Shown here: positions 38,824-48,781 of the stretch, piece after piece | How positions within the stretch are numbered: the stretch's first letter is position 1 | Layout: each line of letters starts with the position of its first letter | From: an uncultured delta proteobacterium | GTDB lineage: Bacteria; Desulfobacterota; Binatia; Binatales; Binataceae | Direction: 5' to 3' | DNA: 64,000 bases | NCBI GenBank assembly: GCA_963711565.1 | Contig: CAVQEQ010000003.1 | Span: 1,120,001 to 1,184,000, forward strand | Notes under the pieces: model-generated | Told to the model about the DNA's origin: nothing | The model's database searches: none | The model's input: the letters and a program-made list of their open reading frames with translations, nothing else | Program-made: the position numbers and the translations under genes

Positions 38824-39588
38824 ATGGCGAGTCCGAAGATGTTTGATTTGAGCGGCGAGGTCGCCGTCGTCACGGGCGGCAACGGCGGAATTGGGAGTGG
38901 GATCGCGCTTGGATTTGCCGAGGCGGGAGCGGCGGTCGCGATCCTCGCGCGCAACGAGGAGAAGAATCGCGCAGTGGTGGACGAGCTCACGAAGGCGGGC
39001 GTGCCGGCGCTCGCCGTACACCTCGACGTGACGCGGCGCGATGACCTGCGGCCCGCGATGGAAGAAGTCGAGCGCAAGCTGGGACCGATCTCGATTCTCG
39101 TCAACAACGCCGGCATCGCGATCATGCGCAGCACGTTGAAGTTCAGAGCCGAGGACTGGGATCGCGTGATCGAAACGAACCTGAACTCGTGCTTTTTCCT
39201 GTCGCAGATCGCGGCGCAATCGATGGTCACGCGCAAGCGCGGCAAGATTATCAATATCGCGAGCGAGTACTCGCGCTTCGGCGCGCAGAGCGGGATTCCC
39301 TACGCGGCGGCGAAAGGCGCGCTGGTGCAGACGACCAGGACGATGGCGATCGAGCTTGCGCCGCATAACATCCAGGTCAACGCGATCGTGCCGGGATGGA
39401 TCGACACCGAGATGACGGTGGGCGCGCAGAGCGGCCCGATGTTCCAGGAGATAATCATGCGCACGCCGGCCGGCCGTTTCGGCAAGCCCGAGGAAATGGC
39501 GGGTGCAGCAGTATTCCTCGCCTCGCACGCGTCGGACTTCGTGACGGGCTCGACCGTCTACGTCGATGGCGGCTACGCGATCAGGTGA
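38824..39588 (+). CDS. SDR oxidoreductase (KduD/FabG-like)
   Basis: TGGNGGIG, NNAG, YAAAK. Confidence 0.94.
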   Translation: MASPKMFDLSGEVAVVTGGNGGIGSGIALGFAEAGAAVAILARNEEKNRAVVDELTKAGVPALAVHLDVTRRDDLRPAMEEVERKLGPISILVNNAGIAIMRSTLKFRAEDWDRVIETNLNSCFFLSQIAAQSMVTRKRGKIINIASEYSRFGAQSGIPYAAAKGALVQTTRTMAIELAPHNIQVNAIVPGWIDTEMTVGAQSGPMFQEIIMRTPAGRFGKPEEMAGAAVFLASHASDFVTGSTVYVDGGYAIR

Positions 39589-39598
39589 ACGAGCAACG

Positions 39599-39970
39599 TT
39601 GTCGACGAAATTCTACGAACTCCACGGCGTCCGCGTCGTCGAATGCGTGGCGGACGGAGCGCGGCTGCAAACCTATCAAGACGCCGTCGATTTGATCGGC
39701 AAGTCATTTGAGAATCACGCCACCCTGATCGTGCTTCCGGTCGAGTGCCTTGACGATGATTTCTTCCGCTTGAGCACGCGCATCGCCGGCGAGCTGATAC
39801 AGAAATTCGTGCAATATCAGCGGCGCCTCGCGATCGTCGGTGACATCTCGCGTCATCTGGCTGAGAGTTCCGCCTTGCGCGCTTTCGTGGCGGAGTCGAA
39901 TCGCGGCAAGGAAGTGTGGTTCCTCGCGAGCCTCGATGAACTCGAGCGACGGCTCGCGCCGACGGTTTAA
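39599..39970 (+). CDS. DUF4180-like protein
   Basis: FF.LSTRIAGE..QKFVQY, AIVGD, FV.ESNRG. Confidence 0.8.
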   Translation: MSTKFYELHGVRVVECVADGARLQTYQDAVDLIGKSFENHATLIVLPVECLDDDFFRLSTRIAGELIQKFVQYQRRLAIVGDISRHLAESSALRAFVAESNRGKEVWFLASLDELERRLAPTV

Positions 39971-40003
39971 CGCAAGCGGCGCGGCGGCGTAAGATGCCGC
40001 ATC

Positions 40004-41545
40004 ATGGCTCGACGCAAAACTCCCTCCTCCGTCAATAATGAACCTGCGCGTCATGAGCACGGCCTGCCGGCGCTTAAGCCGCTGCGCGTGCTCGTGGCGG
40101 GCGAGGTAATCCTCGATCGATATTTGTGGGGCGACGTCTCACGGATTTCGCCGGAGGCGCCGATCCCGATTCTGCGCGTGCAGCGGCGCGAGGAGAAGCC
40201 GGGCAACGCGGGTTTCGTGATGGCGAACTTGCGCGCGCTCGGCGCGGAGGTGAGCGCGCTGAGCGTCGTCGGCTCGGATCGCAACGGCAGCCTGCTGCGC
40301 GAAATTTTCGCCGATCTCGGAATCGATACGCGCTCGATTCTGATCGATCCCGACCGCCCCACGATCGTCAAGGACCGGATGCTCGGCAGCGTGCAGGCGG
40401 CCCATCGCGCGACCCAGCAACTTCTGCGCGTCGACGAGGAAGACCCGACTCCGCTCAAGCCGCCGCGCGAGCGCGAGTTGATTGCGCGCCTCAAGTCGGA
40501 ACTTCGCAACTGCGACGGCGTGCTGATTTCGGATATCGACAAGGGGATGCTGACGCCGGCGGTGCTGCGCGCGCTGATCGACGGCGGCCGCGCGCGCGGT
40601 ATCCCGGTGATAGTCGATCCGCGCCGGACGGATGATTTTTCGATCTATCGCGGCGCCACAGCGCTCACGCCCAATCGCTACGAGACTGAAGTCGCGACCG
40701 GGATGCGGCTCACCGACCGCGGCGCGTGGCGGAAAGCGGCCGAGACTCTCGTGCGCAAGCTCGGGCTGGAGGCGTGCCTCATAACGCTCGATCGCGACGG
40801 CATGTATCTCGCCGAGCGCGGCGGCAAGGACACTTACGTCTCGACCGCGCCGCGCGAAGTTTACGACGTAACGGGCGCGGGCGACGTGGTGCTGAGCGTG
40901 TTCGGGATGTTTTCGATCGCGGGACTCGGCTTCTCGTCGGCCGCGACGATCGCGAACCTGGCCGCGAGCATCGAGGTGACGCGCATCGGCACCGAAGTGA
41001 TCACGCGCGAAGATCTTGCGCGCGCATTGAGTCCCGCGCACGCCAGCTACGAGCGCAAAATCCATTCGGTCGATGAACTCAAGGCTGCGCTCGAGCGCGA
41101 GCGTCGCGCCGGCCGGCGGATCGCATTCACCAACGGATGTTTCGATCTGATCCACGCAGGCCATATCCAGAGTCTCGCGTTTGCACGCGCGCAGGCCGAC
41201 GTGCTGGTGGTCGGCCTCAACAGCGATCGCAGCGTGCGGCAGCTCAAGGGCGACGGCCGGCCGGTTTATCCCGCCGCTGAGCGCGCGCGAATCCTGGCCG
41301 CGCTCGAGGCGGTGGACTACGTAGTCGTGTTCGAGGAAGCGCGCGCCGAGAAACTTATTCGCGCGGTCAAGCCCGACGTTCTGATCAAGGGCGAAGACTG
41401 GCGCGGCAAGCAGGTTGACGGCCAATCGTTCGTAGAGTCACGGGGCGGCAGAGTCGCGCTCGCGCCGATTCTGGGCGGACGCTCGACGAGCGCGACTATT
41501 GATCGGATGGGCTCGAGGGCGGGCGCGGGAAAAAACGGCGCGTGA
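40004..41545 (+). CDS. hldE: Bifunctional heptose-7-phosphate kinase / heptose-1-phosphate adenylyltransferase
   Basis: RISPEAPIP, DVTGAGD, FTNGCFDLIHAGH, GLNSD. Confidence 0.96.
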   Translation: MARRKTPSSVNNEPARHEHGLPALKPLRVLVAGEVILDRYLWGDVSRISPEAPIPILRVQRREEKPGNAGFVMANLRALGAEVSALSVVGSDRNGSLLREIFADLGIDTRSILIDPDRPTIVKDRMLGSVQAAHRATQQLLRVDEEDPTPLKPPRERELIARLKSELRNCDGVLISDIDKGMLTPAVLRALIDGGRARGIPVIVDPRRTDDFSIYRGATALTPNRYETEVATGMRLTDRGAWRKAAETLVRKLGLEACLITLDRDGMYLAERGGKDTYVSTAPREVYDVTGAGDVVLSVFGMFSIAGLGFSSAATIANLAASIEVTRIGTEVITREDLARALSPAHASYERKIHSVDELKAALERERRAGRRIAFTNGCFDLIHAGHIQSLAFARAQADVLVVGLNSDRSVRQLKGDGRPVYPAAERARILAALEAVDYVVVFEEARAEKLIRAVKPDVLIKGEDWRGKQVDGQSFVESRGGRVALAPILGGRSTSATIDRMGSRAGAGKNGA

Positions 41546-43166
41546 TCTGATCGGTGAATTGCTTGAGTTCCGGCAACGCGAGTATCCAGGCGCCGAAGAG
41601 ATAGAGTCCGCCGTAAGTTGAAAGGATCGCGAGCCCCTGGATGCGCGGTCCGAATCCCGCCATGTGAAGCTTCATGAAGAAACCGATCGCGGCTGCTCCC
41701 AGAGCCAGCGCCCACAACTTCGCCAGGTACGAGCGCTCGAGCCCGGTCCATCCGATACGCTGATTGAGCGCCCATCGCAGCAGCGCAAACTCGACCCATC
41801 CGGAGACTCCCGCCGAAACCGTCAGCCCGGCAACGCCCCACTTTTGCGCGATTCCAAGCATGTGCGGCAGTGGAATCGCGGATAGGTAGCCGAGCACGAG
41901 CGTGAGCACGACACGGATCAGTGCGAAGCGAAGCGGTGTGCGGGTATCGAAGAGTGCGTAGAACGCCGAGTTGTACAGTCGGCCCATCGTCGCCGCTAGC
42001 AACCCGATTCCCGAACCCGCGAGCACGGCCCACACGTAAACTGCATCGGCGCGGGTGAACGCGCCGGATTGATAAATCATCGCAACGATCACGTCGCCGA
42101 GAATCAGGAAAGCCGCGGACGACGGGACCGTCATGAACGCGATTTGGCGCAGTCCCCGGTTGAGTCGCGAGCGCAGAATCGTGCTCATCTGTTCGGGCAT
42201 CGCACCCGCCGCCCGCGACATCGTGGGCAACTCCGACGCGGCCACCGAGTATCCGAACAGGCTGATCGGCACCATGTAGAGCAACTGCCCGTAGTTGAGG
42301 GCGGCGACGGCGCCGGTGGGCAACAGGCTCGCCAGGACATTGTCGATGTAAGCGCTGAGGTTGATGACGCCACGGCTGACGACCACGGGCGTCAGATTGT
42401 GGAACACGGATCGCAATGGTGCGGCGATGCGCGCGAAGTCGATGCGATGCTTCCTCAAGAGCGCCAGCGTTTGCGGAACCTGCACGGCGATTTGCAACGC
42501 GGAGCCGACGACCGAGCCCCACGAGATCGCGATCGCGAGGCCATCTTGCGAGCGGCGCGGACCGTAGTAGAGCAATGCGCCGATCATCGCGATGTTCCAT
42601 GCTACCGGCGCGGTGTACGAGATGAAGAATTTGTGATGACTGTTGAGCACGCCGAGGAACCACGCCGACATCACGAGCAAGCCAGCGCCGGGAAACAGGA
42701 TGCGCACGATCTGAATCGTCAAATCGCGCTTGTCGCCCTCGAAGCCCGGCGCGATCACGTCGATGAGATATGGCGTCACCAGCACGCCGATCGCGACCAG
42801 CACCGTTACGCCGATAGTCAGAATCGCGCCGACGCCCCAAGCGACCATGTCCGCGGTTTCCTGGTCACCCTCGCCGAGCAGTTTTCCGTAAACCGGGATG
42901 AACGACGCGGAGAGGACGCCCTCGCCGAACAGATTCTGCAGAATGTTGGGGATGCGAAAGCCGGCCTTGAACGCGTCGGCGGTAGCCGAGTCGCCGAGGA
43001 AATGCGCGAAGATGCTGTCGCGGACGAGACCGGCAAGCCGGCTGAGCAGAACGCCCGCGGCGATGACGCCGGCCTGGTTCGCGCCCGATCCGCTCGTGCT
43101 CGCAACGCCGGGACGCGGCTTGACGCGCGGTTCGTCACGTTCCTGTTTGGGTGCGATTTCGGACAA
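41496..43166 (-). CDS. murJ: Lipid II flippase
   Basis: SRLAGLVRD, FRIPN...LFGEG.LSASFIP, multi-pass membrane protein. Confidence 0.95.
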   Translation of the reverse strand: MSEIAPKQERDEPRVKPRPGVASTSGSGANQAGVIAAGVLLSRLAGLVRDSIFAHFLGDSATADAFKAGFRIPNILQNLFGEGVLSASFIPVYGKLLGEGDQETADMVAWGVGAILTIGVTVLVAIGVLVTPYLIDVIAPGFEGDKRDLTIQIVRILFPGAGLLVMSAWFLGVLNSHHKFFISYTAPVAWNIAMIGALLYYGPRRSQDGLAIAISWGSVVGSALQIAVQVPQTLALLRKHRIDFARIAAPLRSVFHNLTPVVVSRGVINLSAYIDNVLASLLPTGAVAALNYGQLLYMVPISLFGYSVAASELPTMSRAAGAMPEQMSTILRSRLNRGLRQIAFMTVPSSAAFLILGDVIVAMIYQSGAFTRADAVYVWAVLAGSGIGLLAATMGRLYNSAFYALFDTRTPLRFALIRVVLTLVLGYLSAIPLPHMLGIAQKWGVAGLTVSAGVSGWVEFALLRWALNQRIGWTGLERSYLAKLWALALGAAAIGFFMKLHMAGFGPRIQGLAILSTYGGLYLFGAWILALPELKQFTDQITRRFFPRPPSSPSDQ

Positions 43167-43245
43167 ATTTACCTCTGACGCAGGAAGTATAGCGACCGCT
43201 TCAAGCGCGTAGTAGCAGGCGTCGAAAGCGCGCTACAATCCTGGC

Positions 43246-44394
43246 GTGAGCTTTTCGCTGTACGTCCATATTCCGTGGTGCCAGTCGAAATGCCCGTACT
43301 GCGATTTCAATTCGCACGCGGCGGCGTCGTGGCCGGAAGCGGATTACACGTGCGCGCTGATTTCGGAGCTTGAGAACAGGGCGATCACGTCATCGTATTC
43401 CGGCCAGCGCATCAGAACGGTTTTTTTTGGCGGCGGAACGCCGTCGTTGTTCGATCCCAAATCCATCGGGGAGATCATCGATGCCGCCGATCGCGTTTGC
43501 GGAATCGAAGCCGATGCAGAGATAACGCTCGAAGCAAATCCCGGCACCGTCAACCTTGCGAAGCTCGCCGGGATGCGCGCGGCGGGCGTGAACCGAATCA
43601 GTTTCGGCGCCCAGTCGTTCAATGCGGCGACGCTCAAATTTCTCGGCCGGATTCATAGCGCCGACGAAACCCGCGCGGCGGCAAAGATGGCGCACCGTGC
43701 CGGCTTCGATCGACTCAATCTCGATTTGATCTTCGCGGTCCCCGGCCAGACGGTCACTGATGTTCTGTTCGATATCGAATCTGTGGTCGCGCTCGAGCCC
43801 GATCACATCTCGGCTTACAACCTGACCTTCGAAGAGGGCACGGCATTTTTCACGGACTTGAAGCGCGGACGAATCAAGCAACTCGCGACGGACGAGCAGG
43901 CCGCGATGTATCAAGCGGTGCGCGAGGAAATCCCGCGGCGCGGCTACGCGATGTATGAAATTTCGAACTACGCGGCGCTGGGACACGAGGCGCGCCACAA
44001 TCTGACGTACTGGCGCGGCCAGACCTACCTGGGAATCGGCGCGGGCGCTCACAGTTACGCGGGCGATGGGCGCGGCGGACGGCGATGGTGGAACGAGAAG
44101 CTCCCAGCGCGATACATCGCCGCGATCGAGGAGCGCGCTAATGCCGAGGCCGGTGCCGAGACGATCGATGAAGCCACCGCGCAGAGCGAGTTCGTGTTCC
44201 TGAATCTGCGGCTGCGCGAAGGCTTCGCGCTGGCCGATTTTCACCAGCGCTTCGGCCGCAACTTCGAATGCATCTTCGGCGGCATCGCCACGCCGCTGTT
44301 CAATGACGGATTGCTGTCGCTCGAGAGCGGCCGGATCAAGCTGACAGATCGCGGCCTCGAGATGGCTGACTCAGTTTTCGCCGAATTCGTTTAG
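43246..44394 (+). CDS. hemW: Radical SAM heme chaperone
   Basis: YVHIPWCQSKCPYCDF, GGGTPS, YEISNY, HNLTYW. Confidence 0.94.
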   Translation: MSFSLYVHIPWCQSKCPYCDFNSHAAASWPEADYTCALISELENRAITSSYSGQRIRTVFFGGGTPSLFDPKSIGEIIDAADRVCGIEADAEITLEANPGTVNLAKLAGMRAAGVNRISFGAQSFNAATLKFLGRIHSADETRAAAKMAHRAGFDRLNLDLIFAVPGQTVTDVLFDIESVVALEPDHISAYNLTFEEGTAFFTDLKRGRIKQLATDEQAAMYQAVREEIPRRGYAMYEISNYAALGHEARHNLTYWRGQTYLGIGAGAHSYAGDGRGGRRWWNEKLPARYIAAIEERANAEAGAETIDEATAQSEFVFLNLRLREGFALADFHQRFGRNFECIFGGIATPLFNDGLLSLESGRIKLTDRGLEMADSVFAEFV

Positions 44395-44405
44395 GCTCAA
44401 TCAGA

Positions 44406-45497
44406 TCAACGCATTTCTCGCTCGACGACTTCCGGCCGATAGACCGACATATTCTCGATCAACTTTTGAAACGTCATGGAATTGCATACGTAGGTCATGA
44501 CCATGCTTCCGGTTGGCGGCGAGAACTCCGGATGTTCCTTAGCCGCGTAGCAAAACGTGTCGCGATCGTATTGCGGGTCGCCCTTGCTCATCTGTGGGAA
44601 CGAGTAAATGGGTTCGGGTTCCGACCACGGTCCTTCGAGGGTCGGCGCTTCCCTGACAACTATTTCGCCCGAGAAAAGCTCTGGGCCATTCTGTACCGCG
44701 ATCCACTTGTTGATCGATGCGTGATAGCGGACGCTCATTTCGGTCGCTCCGCGATCGATTACGATTCGCGCATTGTTTAAGTCGCCGGCAGCTTTCCACG
44801 CGCCGTCGTTTGTAAGGTATCTGATAGAGTCGCGGGGCCGATCTATCTGCTTGATCGCGATACGCGCCAGAATCATCGGATGGCTCTTGTGCTGCGCGTC
44901 GTCCAACACAGCGTACAAATAAACATAGTCGCCACTCACGATCGTCGTTACACCTGGGAACGCCAATTTGCTGTCCGAGAGATCGAGATACTTAACCGTC
45001 CAGCGCGCCGGATCATCAAGCGGATTACTAATTCTCGCCAGGCTGACTCCGATCATTTCGAAGCCGAACGGACTATCTTTCGGCTCGTGGACGATCTTCG
45101 CCAGAGCAACGTACAAAGTTCCGCTCAAGTAGAAGCCGTCGAGCGGCCAATAGTGGAACCGTTCGACGCCGGACGTGAAAAATGGCTGCGGCACCTCGGC
45201 GCCGCGATTTCTCCAGTAGTAGCGAATGCTCCAGCTTCCTTTCGCGCATGAAGATATTGCGATCGTGTTGGACACCATTCTGGATCCGCTGCGAGTCTTT
45301 CGACTGGGATCGCCGACAAACGAATCACCAAATAACCAGACAGCCTCGGTGTCTGATAAGCGGATGGAGTAGGCGGCGTCGCCGCCGAGCCAGCCCTCGT
45401 TGTACGGAAACGACGGGGTGCATATTGCCGCGACGCCGGATGCTGAGCAGACGACGATGCACGTCGCGAACGCAAAGAGTCCGAGCGCGCGGATCAT
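44406..45497 (-). CDS. Secreted DUF4185/DUF5005-like beta-propeller protein
   Basis: Signal peptide, GGDAAYS..WLFGDSF, GPWS, YAAKEHP. Confidence 0.65.
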   Translation of the reverse strand: MIRALGLFAFATCIVVCSASGVAAICTPSFPYNEGWLGGDAAYSIRLSDTEAVWLFGDSFVGDPSRKTRSGSRMVSNTIAISSCAKGSWSIRYYWRNRGAEVPQPFFTSGVERFHYWPLDGFYLSGTLYVALAKIVHEPKDSPFGFEMIGVSLARISNPLDDPARWTVKYLDLSDSKLAFPGVTTIVSGDYVYLYAVLDDAQHKSHPMILARIAIKQIDRPRDSIRYLTNDGAWKAAGDLNNARIVIDRGATEMSVRYHASINKWIAVQNGPELFSGEIVVREAPTLEGPWSEPEPIYSFPQMSKGDPQYDRDTFCYAAKEHPEFSPPTGSMVMTYVCNSMTFQKLIENMSVYRPEVVEREMR

Positions 45498-45525
45498 ATA
45501 TTCGACGGAGTGGCGGCGCGCTCGT

Positions 45526-47154
45526 TCAGGAGATGCGCGCGATCGTTGCGTCGAGCAGTTCGACGACGCGTGCTGGTGTGGCGAGGCGGATGAACGCGCC
45601 GAGGCGCGGGCCGCGTTCCTGCCCCAGAATCGAGCGATACAGCAGCGGAAAAATCTTGCCGGGCTTGTCGTAGTTTTCGCGGCCGAGATCGTAAATCTTC
45701 TTCTCGATCTCTTCGGCGCTCGCATCCTGATTTTCGCGCAGGTACCTGTCGAGCGTTTTCAGTTGCGCGCGTTCCGCATCCGTCGGTATGTGGATTTTTT
45801 TCGTCGGCTCGACGAAGTCGCGGTAGAAGTTCAGCGCACATTCCATCAGCGCGCGGCCCATTTTCTCGGTTTCAGGATCGCTCGCGATCGACGCATCGTA
45901 ACGCTCGATATATTTCCAGATGAAATCGCGATCCGAACTGCCGAGCGCGGCGACCGCGTTCATCATTAATCCGAACGTGAGCGCCGAGTTAAATCTTTGC
46001 GGCGTCGTGCTCTGGATCACATATTCGAGCACCGACTCGCGACGTTGCTCCTCCGATGCCGCCGCATATTCGCGCAGCGCATCGAGGTATTCATCGACGT
46101 ATTGCGGAATCGACTCGAGGAACAACTTGCGCGCGCGCCGCGGATTGAGCAGCAGGAACATTTTGAGCACTTCGATCGGCGCGTAACGCGTCCACTGATC
46201 AACCGTCACGCCGCGCCCGACTGACTTCGAGACCTTGCGGCCTTCCTCGTCGAGGAACATCTCGAACGGAAATCCCAGCGGCGGCCGCGCGCCCATCACG
46301 CGGAGTATTTGTCCCGAGAGCCGCGCCGAGTCGGTGAGGTCCTTGCCGTACAATTCATAATCGACCTTGAGCACGTACCATCGCAGCGCCCAATCGACTT
46401 TCCACTGCACCTTCGCTTTACCGCCGAGGACAGACTGCTCGCCGCTAAAACCGCATCCCGATACCCCGCCCGCGCTCTTTTCGCAGATGAACTCGACGGA
46501 CGCGCGCTCGGAGTGATAGGCCGTCACCGCGCGCTCGACGACCTGCCCGCACTTCGGACAGATCGGCATGAACGGCGACCATCCCGCGCGATTCTCCTCG
46601 CGCAGCGTCGGCGCGATGATCGCGATGATCTCTGCGTGCTTCTCGAGGATCAGTTTCAGTCCGTCGTCGAAGCGCCCCGACGAGTACATCTCCGACGCGC
46701 GAGCCAATTCGTATTCAACCTCAACCGGCGCGAGGAATCCGCCGAGTTGCGCAAGCATGTGATCGGCAAAACTTGCGCAGCATCCGAACGGGTCGGGAAT
46801 CTTGGAGACGGGAACGCCCAGATACTGCTCAACGTCCTCGCGGTTAGGCACATTCTCCGGCACTTTGCGGAGTCCGTCGAGATCGTCGATGAAAACGATC
46901 AGCCGCGACGGCCGCGACGGCTCGAGCAGACGGAACGCCTTGCGCACGAACGACGGGCGAAGAATCTCCGCCATCGTGCCCAGATGCGGCAAGCCCGACG
47001 GCCCGAAGCCGCTCTGAAAAATTACCGGACGAGCGGGCTCGTACGCAGCGACCCTCTCCGCAAGCCTCCGCGCTTCCTCATGCGGCCAAAGTTCCGCGCC
47101 CGCCGCGCCGCCGGATTGCGAATCGGATTTTTCTGATTTAGACGCGCCTGCCAT
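45526..47154 (-). CDS. lysS: Class I lysyl-tRNA synthetase
   Basis: WP.EEA, GPSGLPHLGT, DGLRKVP, KVQWKVDWALRW, KVSKS, GPRLG. Confidence 0.95.
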   Translation of the reverse strand: MAGASKSEKSDSQSGGAAGAELWPHEEARRLAERVAAYEPARPVIFQSGFGPSGLPHLGTMAEILRPSFVRKAFRLLEPSRPSRLIVFIDDLDGLRKVPENVPNREDVEQYLGVPVSKIPDPFGCCASFADHMLAQLGGFLAPVEVEYELARASEMYSSGRFDDGLKLILEKHAEIIAIIAPTLREENRAGWSPFMPICPKCGQVVERAVTAYHSERASVEFICEKSAGGVSGCGFSGEQSVLGGKAKVQWKVDWALRWYVLKVDYELYGKDLTDSARLSGQILRVMGARPPLGFPFEMFLDEEGRKVSKSVGRGVTVDQWTRYAPIEVLKMFLLLNPRRARKLFLESIPQYVDEYLDALREYAAASEEQRRESVLEYVIQSTTPQRFNSALTFGLMMNAVAALGSSDRDFIWKYIERYDASIASDPETEKMGRALMECALNFYRDFVEPTKKIHIPTDAERAQLKTLDRYLRENQDASAEEIEKKIYDLGRENYDKPGKIFPLLYRSILGQERGPRLGAFIRLATPARVVELLDATIARIS

Positions 47155-47170
47155 CGGTTGGATTTCTTCC

Positions 47171-47422
47171 TTAGTCTTCCGGCTTGTCGGGATTCTTGCC
47201 GCGCAGCACGCTCGCGACCGCCTCGTGTATCCACGGATCGATCTGCAAGTCGCGATTTTTCTCCGAGGCGAGCCGGAGTTTAACCGCGCAGTTGCCGCAG
47301 ATAAAGGCCTGCCGGCGAAAGCCCGCCGTATCCTCGACGGAAATACGCAGCAGCCAGTCGGCAAATTCGCGGCGACAGATTGCGCAGTGATATTTGCTGG
47401 AATCTGAACTTGGTGAATCCAT
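47171..47422 (-). CDS. Small Zn-finger-like protein
   Basis: CAIC...CGNC, co-oriented 16 bp upstream of lysS. Confidence 0.65.
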   Translation of the reverse strand: MDSPSSDSSKYHCAICRREFADWLLRISVEDTAGFRRQAFICGNCAVKLRLASEKNRDLQIDPWIHEAVASVLRGKNPDKPED

Positions 47423-47653
47423 AGCCGCCTGTTATTCTATATCATTGCGTCAACTCTTTGCGCTGTGATATTCCCCTTCCACCGATGAATTCCACGACGA
47501 TTCGCCAAGATCGCGACTCCTGCCCGCATTTTCGGACCGCTGGTCCCGTTATTCGGGTTGTTCGCACCACGGCCGCCCGCACTCGAGCTATCCGCGACTA
47601 AACTATCGATTCTTCCCGTCGTCGCTCGACGCGACACGGGTTTATTTCATTTT

Positions 47654-48694
47654 ATGGATCAGGCGTTCACCAAGCAGAAGATCAAGGAATTGCGCGCGAT
47701 GGTCGGCGAGGGCGATCGCGTCGCGATCATCCTGCAGGACGACCCCGATCCCGACGCGATGTCGAGCGGGATAGCTCTGCGTGCTCTGCTCGGGCGCAAC
47801 CGGCAGACCACACCGTTGTTCGCGTTCAAGCCCGTCACGCGGCCGGAAAATCTCACGATGGTGCATCTGCTGGAGATTCAAATCCAGCCGGCCACGACCG
47901 AGGACCTGCGCGCGTTCGACAAGATCGCGATGGTCGACGTACAGCCGCCGTTCTTCGGCGAGAAAATTCCGCGCGCCGATATCGCGATCGATCATCATCC
48001 CGGCTACCCCGGCGGCGCTGCTCCGTTCGAGGACGTGCGCATCAAGTACGGCGCTACCGCCACGATCATGACCGAGTACCTGCTTACGGCCGACGAAAAG
48101 ATCAGCGAGCGGCTGGCGACCGCGCTGCTCTACGGAATTCGCAGCGACACTTTGGCCCTGTCGCGCCGCGTCACCGACGACGATCTGCAAGCGTTCGCTC
48201 ATCTCACTCCGCTCGCCAACTACAGTCTGCTCCGGCAAATGGATCGTCCCGAGCTCCCTCTGAGTTTCGCGCAAATCCTGGCTCGCGCGATGAAACGGAT
48301 GGTCGTCAGGGATCGCCTGGTCGTACTCAATCTCGGAACCGTCAAGCGCGACGATCTGATCGTGCAGATGGCGGATTTCTGTCTGCAGTTCGAGGGAGTG
48401 TCCTGGGTCGCGGTCGCCGGCAAGCTCGACGGCAAACTCGTCATAAGCGTTCGCAACCACGGGATGAGCGGTGAGAACGCGGGCGAGACAGTGAAAAGCC
48501 TGTTCGCCGATATCGGCAGCGCCGGCGGCCATCGCAACATGTCCAAGGCTGTGATCCCGCTGCGAGCGTGGCGCCGGCGCGAGAGCACTACGCGTGACTC
48601 GCAAATCGAAGCGCGTCTGCGCGAATTGTTCACCGCAGGCATCAAGGCCGAAGCTGCCGCCATTCGCAACCCGCCCGGCCGCAATGGCAACTGA
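47654..48694 (+). CDS. DHH/DHHA1 phosphoesterase
   Basis: DPDPDA, IDHH, GI.SDT, AGGH. Confidence 0.92.
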   Translation: MDQAFTKQKIKELRAMVGEGDRVAIILQDDPDPDAMSSGIALRALLGRNRQTTPLFAFKPVTRPENLTMVHLLEIQIQPATTEDLRAFDKIAMVDVQPPFFGEKIPRADIAIDHHPGYPGGAAPFEDVRIKYGATATIMTEYLLTADEKISERLATALLYGIRSDTLALSRRVTDDDLQAFAHLTPLANYSLLRQMDRPELPLSFAQILARAMKRMVVRDRLVVLNLGTVKRDDLIVQMADFCLQFEGVSWVAVAGKLDGKLVISVRNHGMSGENAGETVKSLFADIGSAGGHRNMSKAVIPLRAWRRRESTTRDSQIEARLRELFTAGIKAEAAAIRNPPGRNGN

Positions 48695-48781
48695 CGCGCA
48701 TTGCAGTCTGCATCGAGCCGGCCGTTTACCGGTTCCGCCGATTTCCATATCGTAGTTGTCGTCCATGATTCTTTTGCTGCG

